The position numbers were made by a program, and so were the translations under genes. A stretch of 64,000 bases of DNA, from NCBI GenBank assembly GCA_048499955.1, contig JASNYX010000001.1, forward strand, positions 2,452 through 66,451, read 5' to 3'. The stretch is from Patescibacteria group bacterium (lineage in GTDB: Bacteria > Patescibacteriota > WWE3 > 2-01-FULL-39-13). Position 1 is the first letter of the stretch. Every line of letters begins with the position of its first letter. Positions 58,041-64,000 of this stretch are shown here, piece by piece. The notes below the pieces were generated by a model. That model worked only from the letters and a program-made list of their open reading frames with translations. It searched no databases and was not told where the DNA came from.

Positions 58041-59852
58041 CTAATTCGGAGATTTATATAATTTACCGCCTTTTAGAAATAGTATCTCTGTTTTTGAAGT
58101 GCTCTTTAGCAAAGCAAATTTTTCGGGAGTGTCGATATCCTGATCTTCGGCAAGTTTAATGCGTTTTACCAAAGACATATTAGTTTTACCGAAAACAATA
58201 ACTTCTTTGGTTTCTTTGTCGAGAATATAGATGTTTTGGTTGTCCATTTCCATATGTGCGGGGCTTTTTAAGTGTTCTGAGAGATCATAAGAGGTTGTTT
58301 TGTTTCCGCCATAATATTTGTCGACTGTTTTATTGTTTAACACGTATACATTGCTATCGACCGTTATAGCTGTAGGGAAATTCAGAGTTCCGCCTTTTAG
58401 CCATACTTCAGCGGTTTCAGACTGGAGCGGTAACGAATGAATGTTATTTGTTGTTAATATGTAAGCTTTGTTTAAATATGGGTAAACATCCACGACATTA
58501 TTAATTTCCTCAAGTAAATATTTATCTACCTTGTCAGGTGTTTTGGTATTTACTACATGAAGCACTTTATTCGCGTAAACATAGCAGAGCTTGTCGTCGC
58601 ATTCGAGATATTCGAAGTTGTCTATATTGCTCAAAACGGCCTTCATTTCTGAATTAACAGGATTAAATTCGTAAAGGGTTCCTTGTGCTTTATCGAATAG
58701 AATCGGCTCTGTTGCTCTTCCTGATAATGCGTATATCGAGAGTTCACTACTTAATGATTTAGGGTCAAGGAGTACCGGATGTAAATCATTGACCTCGGGT
58801 GTATTCGCAATTTCAGATTTGACCTCGGGATCCTGAACAATTCTAAGGCCATTTGTTACGCTTGCTTGTAGTTCAATTTGTTGTGAACGTTTTTGAAGCA
58901 AATAGTACCCGGTAAAAGTTAAGAAGACAATGGCAGCCAAACCTATGGTGAACTTTACAGGTCTCATGTTTTTTTTACGGTTGGATAATCGTTTTGCGGT
59001 TTCTGTGGTGCTTCTTTCTATATTTTGATTTGAGGAAATCAATCCGCTAATCGAAGAAACCGGGGCAGTCTTTTTCCTCTGATATATATTAAATTTTTCC
59101 GACAGGCGAGGAACTCTAAATAGCGACTCTTTTACTTTTCCGATTTTATCGGGCAAGGAGCCTTTCATGTAAAGTTTTGTGAGCATTGAATTACCCGAGC
59201 CCGAACTTTCTTTTCCTGTGCTCCCTGCTATTTTTATTAATGTGGCAGCTATAAGATTTTTGTCGGGGTGTTCTGCTACCAACTGAGGAATTTCATTCAA
59301 GGCACCGATAATTTCTTGCGGGGGAAAGGTACTTGCAAACTTTTCTGTTCCAATTACGATGACATCTTCTAAATCAAGAATACTTGAGCTGGTCCATATT
59401 TCTCCGGAAGTTGAAGGTGTACCGGCAATATTTCTTACGCCTGATCCTCGTATAAGATATGCCGCGGGTTTACCAATATAGCTGACATACAAAACCTTAT
59501 TCCAGATTAGTGCTGTACAGAAAGAAACTTCAATATTCGAGTTTTGTTCCAAGTCTTTATCTTTGATCGAAAGCAACACCTGATACGCTCTGCTTAAGGC
59601 TTTCTCTATGGCATTGAGTGGTGTTTCGTCGGTGTTTCTATAATAGCTGTCACGGATATTATCGAGGAAAATTTTTAATGCAGGTTGAGCTTCAAAATGT
59701 TCATTTGATTCAAGACTTACTACGGTGAAAAGCTTGCCGCGTTTTTTGGAAAGCTCGGGGTCTTCCACGTCAAAAAAATGGGTCAGGGATAATTGCTTCT
59801 TATTATTCGGATCAACGTCCAGAATATTTTGAATCTTCAGGTTTAGTTCCAT
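58041..59852 (-). CDS. Hypothetical single-pass membrane protein (603 aa), cytoplasmic N-domain, extracellular beta-rich C-domain
   Basis: TM FTIGLAAIVFLTFTGYYLL in the middle; no motif recognised. Confidence 0.6.
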   Translation of the reverse strand: MELNLKIQNILDVDPNNKKQLSLTHFFDVEDPELSKKRGKLFTVVSLESNEHFEAQPALKIFLDNIRDSYYRNTDETPLNAIEKALSRAYQVLLSIKDKDLEQNSNIEVSFCTALIWNKVLYVSYIGKPAAYLIRGSGVRNIAGTPSTSGEIWTSSSILDLEDVIVIGTEKFASTFPPQEIIGALNEIPQLVAEHPDKNLIAATLIKIAGSTGKESSGSGNSMLTKLYMKGSLPDKIGKVKESLFRVPRLSEKFNIYQRKKTAPVSSISGLISSNQNIERSTTETAKRLSNRKKNMRPVKFTIGLAAIVFLTFTGYYLLQKRSQQIELQASVTNGLRIVQDPEVKSEIANTPEVNDLHPVLLDPKSLSSELSIYALSGRATEPILFDKAQGTLYEFNPVNSEMKAVLSNIDNFEYLECDDKLCYVYANKVLHVVNTKTPDKVDKYLLEEINNVVDVYPYLNKAYILTTNNIHSLPLQSETAEVWLKGGTLNFPTAITVDSNVYVLNNKTVDKYYGGNKTTSYDLSEHLKSPAHMEMDNQNIYILDKETKEVIVFGKTNMSLVKRIKLAEDQDIDTPEKFALLKSTSKTEILFLKGGKLYKSPN

Positions 59853-59878
59853 TGCGTACTACGCTTTTTAGTTTATCT

Positions 59879-60211
59879 TTATAAAGCCAAAATGGCAAAA
59901 GCGAGACAGCATATAACTGCGATAAGGTGTGCATATCCTAAGATATAAATGTATTTATTGGTTGAAGACTTTATTGTTTGCGTCATTAAGCCAATCTGTT
60001 TTATCACCATTACAGCCACTATCAAGTATCCCATTAAAAAAATAATTAACAGGATTTTCACTATATCATATAGGTAATTTTGGATAGATGCTCCCAAAAG
60101 CGATTGAATTATTGCATTTGCATCCCCAGGAGGTGATAACAATACGTCTTGACTAAAGTTGAAGTTTTGAACTAATAAATTATCTGCCATTTGTTTTTTT
60201 GAATTCCTCAA
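59879..60211 (-). CDS. Small membrane protein (hypothetical)
   Basis: Two hydrophobic helices; overlaps the upstream gene by 32 nt, so the true start may be MADNLL. Confidence 0.45.
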   Translation of the reverse strand: MRNSKKQMADNLLVQNFNFSQDVLLSPPGDANAIIQSLLGASIQNYLYDIVKILLIIFLMGYLIVAVMVIKQIGLMTQTIKSSTNKYIYILGYAHLIAVICCLAFAILAL

Positions 60212-60737
60212 CTAAGTCTGTGAATTTATCATGAACTAGTCCTGGTTTGGGGATGTCATGGAATTCGAATTCGGTCTTCTGCGCAGCTGTTTGAACAAAT
60301 ATATGTCCATAGTCAAAAAGTACATGTAAAAACTTATGGGTTTCGTATGTTGCATCTTCGATTTGTCCCAAAGACGTTTCCGAAATTCTTTTTGTCCATA
60401 ATCCTTTAAAATCAACATCAATCAGGCGTTTATCGGTAATTATATAAACGTTAAAATACCAAGTAAGGAAAGACTCAAAAGTAATAAACATTGTAACGAG
60501 GTACCAAAGAAGGAGTACCACCATTTGGATTCCGGGATTTATAAACTCGAACGTATTAATACCATTTGACATCAGGATCACCATGATAATCGGGGGGAGT
60601 AAAACGAGAAAAATCGCTGTGATAATCCAAGCAATATTGGTAATTGGGTGTTTTCTTAACACGAAATAGAGTGTTTCCCCTGATTCTTGGGATTCGAAGG
60701 TTAAATCTTTGGGTTTTTCAATTATTGACTCGAACAT
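60180..60737 (-). CDS. Bacterial PH-domain (YdbS/YdbT, DUF304-like) membrane protein
   Basis: Two TM helices then WYFNVYIITDKRLIDVDFKGLWTKRISETSLGQIEDA, typical of the bPH_2 fold. Confidence 0.65.
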   Translation of the reverse strand: MFESIIEKPKDLTFESQESGETLYFVLRKHPITNIAWIITAIFLVLLPPIIMVILMSNGINTFEFINPGIQMVVLLLWYLVTMFITFESFLTWYFNVYIITDKRLIDVDFKGLWTKRISETSLGQIEDATYETHKFLHVLFDYGHIFVQTAAQKTEFEFHDIPKPGLVHDKFTDLVEEFKKTNGR

Positions 60738-60797
60738 ATATAGCCTAATTATACTCTAATTTCGGACTAAACGTGTATTTGTAAGAATTATGATGTT

Positions 60798-61499
60798 TTA
60801 TCCAAACCTCTTTAAGTCTTTCAATAATGCATATGCACAGACTTCTCTAGCTCCGTGTCTTTTTAATGTCTCTGCACAAGCCATAAGTGTTGCCCCTGTA
60901 GTACAAATATCATCTATAAGTAGAATGCTTTTTCCTTCAATAAGTGGTATTAACTTGGAATCGGTAATGTATTTGTTTATTATGTTTTGAAATCGACTTT
61001 CCCTTCTGAGTTCTTTTTGTTGTTTGTTTCTTAAGTTTTTGTTAATTCTTAAGAGAGGTAGTATCTTGATATTCAACTGAGCCGCTATGTTTCGGCTAAT
61101 ATACTTGCTTTGGTCAACCAGTCTCGATTTGCTAGTTGCCGGAATAGGCACGAGATAGTCGGGGTTATTTCGTAGTTCATTTTTTATAAAGTTATTATCT
61201 ATTAACACTTCGAGATAACGGTAAGCTTGGTTTCCGGATTTTGCTCTGTTTATGATTCTTTTTGCAGTTCTGTCGTAGGCATATAGGCATAGGAATTTAT
61301 CAACTGTCTTATTGTTGTAATTCCTCTTGCAGATTTCGTGTGTTTTGCCATCTATTGATAAATTTTCGCAAATTAGGCACATTGGAAAATCAATGTGTAT
61401 CAGTCGATTCTTGCATTTGATACAGAGTCTGCTACCATAATTTCCGCAGGCTATACATTTTGCAGGGAACAGTATTTTAGGTAAGTCTTTCCATCTCAT
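60798..61499 (-). CDS. comFC: ComF-family protein (zinc-ribbon + phosphoribosyltransferase-like domain)
   Basis: N-terminal double Cys pairs (CIACGNYGSRLCIKCK...CLICE), C-terminal PRTase loop ILLIDDICTTGATL. Confidence 0.75.
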   Translation of the reverse strand: MRWKDLPKILFPAKCIACGNYGSRLCIKCKNRLIHIDFPMCLICENLSIDGKTHEICKRNYNNKTVDKFLCLYAYDRTAKRIINRAKSGNQAYRYLEVLIDNNFIKNELRNNPDYLVPIPATSKSRLVDQSKYISRNIAAQLNIKILPLLRINKNLRNKQQKELRRESRFQNIINKYITDSKLIPLIEGKSILLIDDICTTGATLMACAETLKRHGAREVCAYALLKDLKRFG

Positions 61500-61602
61500 T
61501 ACTTATGAATATCATTTGTAATGAAAAACCCTGTTAACATCTGATAAAATAGTTAGATACAGTTTGTGAATTTTAGACAGCCGCCAAAGATTTTGTATCG
61601 TT

Positions 61603-63447
61603 ATGAAAACTAAAAAGAAAGACAATAAGTTCAACATGAACAATATGATGAATAAAGGGAGAAATGTTAATCCTTTTGTTATTTTAATCGCCGGTCTGAT
61701 TTTCTGGAGCGTCATTTCGATGTTTTCCGATCCTTTTTCTAAAAATACACAGAATATTTCCATTAATGAGGCCCTTTCTTTGATAAGAGGCGGTGAAGTC
61801 GAACGTGTAACCATCGAAAACGATAACGTAAAAATGGAGCTGAAAAATGGGGAAGAAGTTTCAACTACAAAAGAAGCTCAAATAAGTTTTTACGAACTCT
61901 TAAGTTTACAGAATATTGATCCTGATTTAGTTGCCGAAGGTATCTATGAAAACCGTAGATTTCCTTGGATCGAAATTATTTCGGGTGTCGCGTTTCCGAT
62001 TTTAAGTATCGCCTTTTTATGGTGGATTTTCCGCCAGGCAGGAAGATCAAGTGGTGGTCTATTTAGTATAGGTAAATCCAAGGCGAGACTATTTTCTAAA
62101 GGTGCAGTTAAAAAAGTAGGATTTGATGATGTTGCGGGTGTTGGAGAAGTTAAGGCTGAACTTGTTGAAATTGTGGATTTTCTGCAGCGACCAGAAAAAT
62201 ATAGAAAGCTTGGTGCAAGAATTCCAAAAGGGGTTTTGTTAATTGGCCCTTCTGGTGTTGGAAAAACATTGCTTGCGAGAGCTATTGCCGGTGAAGCGGA
62301 CGTTCCGTTTTATTCAGTTGCAGGGAGCGAATTTATTGAAATGATTGTTGGAGTTGGATCTGCAAGAGTTCGTGATCTCTTTAAGACCGCTAAGGAAACC
62401 TCTCCCTCGTTGGTTTTTATTGATGAAATAGATGCTATCGGTCGGCATAGAGGGCGTGCGATGGCAGTGAGTAACGACGAGCGTGAACAGACCTTAAATC
62501 AAATTCTTGTTGAAATGGATGGCTTTGACACTAGAGATAATGTAATTATCATCGCAGCAACAAATAGGCCGGATATGCTTGATCCTGCATTGGTTAGACC
62601 GGGTAGGTTTGATCGTCATATCAGAGTGGATCTTCCAAATGTCGAAGAACGAAAGGAAATCATTCAGATACACAAAAAAGGTAAGCCTATGTCTGAATCT
62701 GTAGATTTGGAAAAAATTGCTAAGCAAACGGTCGGTTTCAGCGGTGCAGATCTTGAAAACATGTTAAATGAGGCGGCTATCCTTGCTGCGAGGCGAGGTG
62801 CCACTGAAATTGAAATGAAGGATGTTTCAGAGGCTTCAACTAAAGTCCGATTAGGGCCGGGTAGAAAGCTATTGCAATCTGACCAGGAAAGAAAAGTTAC
62901 CGCATACCACGAGGCAGGGCATGCGTTAGTTTCCGCAAAAACAAAGTTTTCCGATCCGGTAAATAAAGTGACTATTGTTTCAAGGTCGATGTCGCTTGGG
63001 CATACACAGTACGAGCCTGATGATAATTATACTAATCAAACAAAGAGTAAATTAATCGCTTTAATACGAGGGTTATTGGGAGGTAGAGCTGCGGAAGAAG
63101 TTGTATTTAATGAACTTACCGTCGGTGCATCAAATGATATTGAAAGAGCGACACTGATTGCCCGAAAGATGGTTACCGACTTAGGGATGAGCTCGCTAGG
63201 CCCTGTAAACTACGTTAATGACAATGCCGGTATGTGGGAAGCGAACCCTGAATCTAAATCAATTGGGTATAGTGACGAGACTGCAAGGCAAATTGATGCC
63301 GAAATTAAAAATATTATTAAAACTGAGTACGAAGAAGCGAGAAAAATCCTTCAAACACATAGGGAAACACTCGATGTGATTGCTCGTGAGCTATTAGAGA
63401 AGGAAACCCTAGAGCAGGACGAACTAGAGCTTATATTGGCTCAATAA
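61603..63447 (+). CDS. ftsH: ATP-dependent zinc metalloprotease FtsH
   Basis: N-terminal TMs, AAA+ Walker A GPSGVGKT, Walker B FIDEIDA, second region of homology (SRH), zinc site HEAGHALV. Confidence 0.95.
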   Translation: MKTKKKDNKFNMNNMMNKGRNVNPFVILIAGLIFWSVISMFSDPFSKNTQNISINEALSLIRGGEVERVTIENDNVKMELKNGEEVSTTKEAQISFYELLSLQNIDPDLVAEGIYENRRFPWIEIISGVAFPILSIAFLWWIFRQAGRSSGGLFSIGKSKARLFSKGAVKKVGFDDVAGVGEVKAELVEIVDFLQRPEKYRKLGARIPKGVLLIGPSGVGKTLLARAIAGEADVPFYSVAGSEFIEMIVGVGSARVRDLFKTAKETSPSLVFIDEIDAIGRHRGRAMAVSNDEREQTLNQILVEMDGFDTRDNVIIIAATNRPDMLDPALVRPGRFDRHIRVDLPNVEERKEIIQIHKKGKPMSESVDLEKIAKQTVGFSGADLENMLNEAAILAARRGATEIEMKDVSEASTKVRLGPGRKLLQSDQERKVTAYHEAGHALVSAKTKFSDPVNKVTIVSRSMSLGHTQYEPDDNYTNQTKSKLIALIRGLLGGRAAEEVVFNELTVGASNDIERATLIARKMVTDLGMSSLGPVNYVNDNAGMWEANPESKSIGYSDETARQIDAEIKNIIKTEYEEARKILQTHRETLDVIARELLEKETLEQDELELILAQ

Positions 63448-63698
63448 CAGCTTATTCTCCAAACCACTTTCATCCTTATATTTTTTTTAAAACGATATTG
63501 AGGATAACTCCCACATGTAGTTAATTAATAGTTATAGCCCGCGAGGGGAAGTGTCCTGTTCGAGTTGGTAAACGTTCCTGCCCAACCGTTTGGACCTCAT
63601 TCATTTCAACCAGATCGGCTATTTTTTTAATTTCTGTAGTTTATCTTTCAATAGAGCTTGGGCAAAATATTGAACGATACCCTGCCAAAATCCAAAAT

Positions 63699-64000
63699 AT
63701 GAGAACTCCAAAAACAACGGAGAAGATCCTCGTTAAGCAAGAGTACAAGACTTTACGGAAGGTCGATGAGATCAACGTTTCCGAAAACGCTAAAGAGATA
63801 TTTAAAAGAAGATATTTTTTAAAGGATCGAGATGGAAAACCTATTGAAACTTTAACTCAGGCTTTTAAACGTGTTGCGTATTTCGTGGCGGAGGGAGAAA
63901 AAACCCAGAAACTTCGCGACCAATACGGTGAATATTTTTATGATTTGATGACTGATTTAAGGTTTGTACCGAACTCTCCCACTTGGACCGGTGCGAATAC
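63699..64000 (+). CDS. Ribonucleotide reductase large subunit, N-terminal part (3' end outside window; probably class II/B12-dependent type)
   Basis: Manual translation: MRTPKTTEKILVKQEYKTLRKVDEINVSENAKEIFKRRYFLKDRDGKPIETLTQAFKRVAYFVAEG...RFVPNSPTWTGAN. The ...NSPT...G motif and the N-terminal helices are RNR hallmarks; no ATP cone. Confidence 0.7.
   Translation, partial: MRTPKTTEKILVKQEYKTLRKVDEINVSENAKEIFKRRYFLKDRDGKPIETLTQAFKRVAYFVAEGEKTQKLRDQYGEYFYDLMTDLRFVPNSPTWTGAN

Noticed and set aside
63448-63698. Possible cobalamin riboswitch or NrdR boxes in the 250-nt leader of the ribonucleotide reductase gene
   Set aside because: I could not find the B12 box or the paired 16-bp NrdR palindromes by eye. 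A covariance-model search would be needed to assess this
1-64000. Alternative genetic code (UGA = Gly, code 25) as in Gracilibacteria/Absconditabacteria
   Set aside because: Long conserved genes (groEL, dnaA, valS, ftsH) are uninterrupted under the standard code, and UGA terminates several ORFs cleanly. Only one suspicious in-frame TGA was seen (40057)

Overview
This 64-kb window comes from an AT-rich, small-genome bacterium that uses the standard genetic code. groEL, dnaA, ftsH and valS are intact, so UGA is a stop rather than a recoded codon. The domain architectures are reminiscent of Patescibacteria/CPR-like organisms (for example Saccharibacteria): a PrgI/VirB3-VirB4 module, a type IV pilin cluster, and giant surface proteins. 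That lineage call is inference only.

Layout of the window:
- 1-1.9 kb: groES (3' end) and groEL with a terminator.
- 2-8 kb: a membrane-anchored beta-propeller protein, then a type IV secretion (T4SS)-like module. The VirB3/PrgI-like protein carries a long extracellular extension; a hypothetical gene follows, then a VirB4 ATPase with a Q/N/P-rich tail.
- 8-14.9 kb: the chromosomal origin region, with rpmH-rnpA-yidD-yidC-jag-dnaN all on the minus strand. dnaN sits next to jag rather than dnaA. The track labels this ORF '+', but the sequence shows it is on the minus strand. A Kef-type antiporter follows, then two perfect DnaA boxes, dnaA, and an AT-rich tract with DnaA-box-like motifs downstream of dnaA (candidate oriC).
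- 14.9-19.9 kb: a sugar-binding ABC substrate-binding protein, valS, a frameshifted tlyA, and rplY.
- 20-28.5 kb: a large membrane protein, RNase H, a secreted carbohydrate-binding-domain/Thr-Pro-linker protein, four consecutive prepilin-like (type IV pilus) genes, and hsp20.
- 28.6-37.4 kb: a minus-strand operon of giant surface proteins. These are a GH5-like 1.2k-aa protein, a membrane-anchored protein, and a 1345-aa transmembrane protein with a C-terminal M23 peptidase.
- 37.5-44.2 kb: a VirB6-like polytopic protein; four small two-helix VirB2/TrbC-like pilin paralogs, one split by an in-frame TGA; an IS200-like HuH (Y1) transposase; and a coiled-coil SpoIID/LytB protein.
- 44.4-57.0 kb: an AT-richer accessory region. 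A roughly 5-kb segment is bounded by a decayed duplicate of the 3' end of a TolB-like gene. It carries a nucleotidyltransferase-P-loop-kinase fusion, an APH-like kinase and small ORFs. It is followed by a nucleotidyltransferase / PLP-decarboxylase / GT2 / propeller / GT1 / APH-like cluster. The region ends at the 3' end of a tmRNA gene; ssrA and smpB are on the minus strand.
- 58-64 kb: membrane proteins, comFC, ftsH, and the start of a ribonucleotide reductase.

No rRNA, tRNA or CRISPR arrays were seen.
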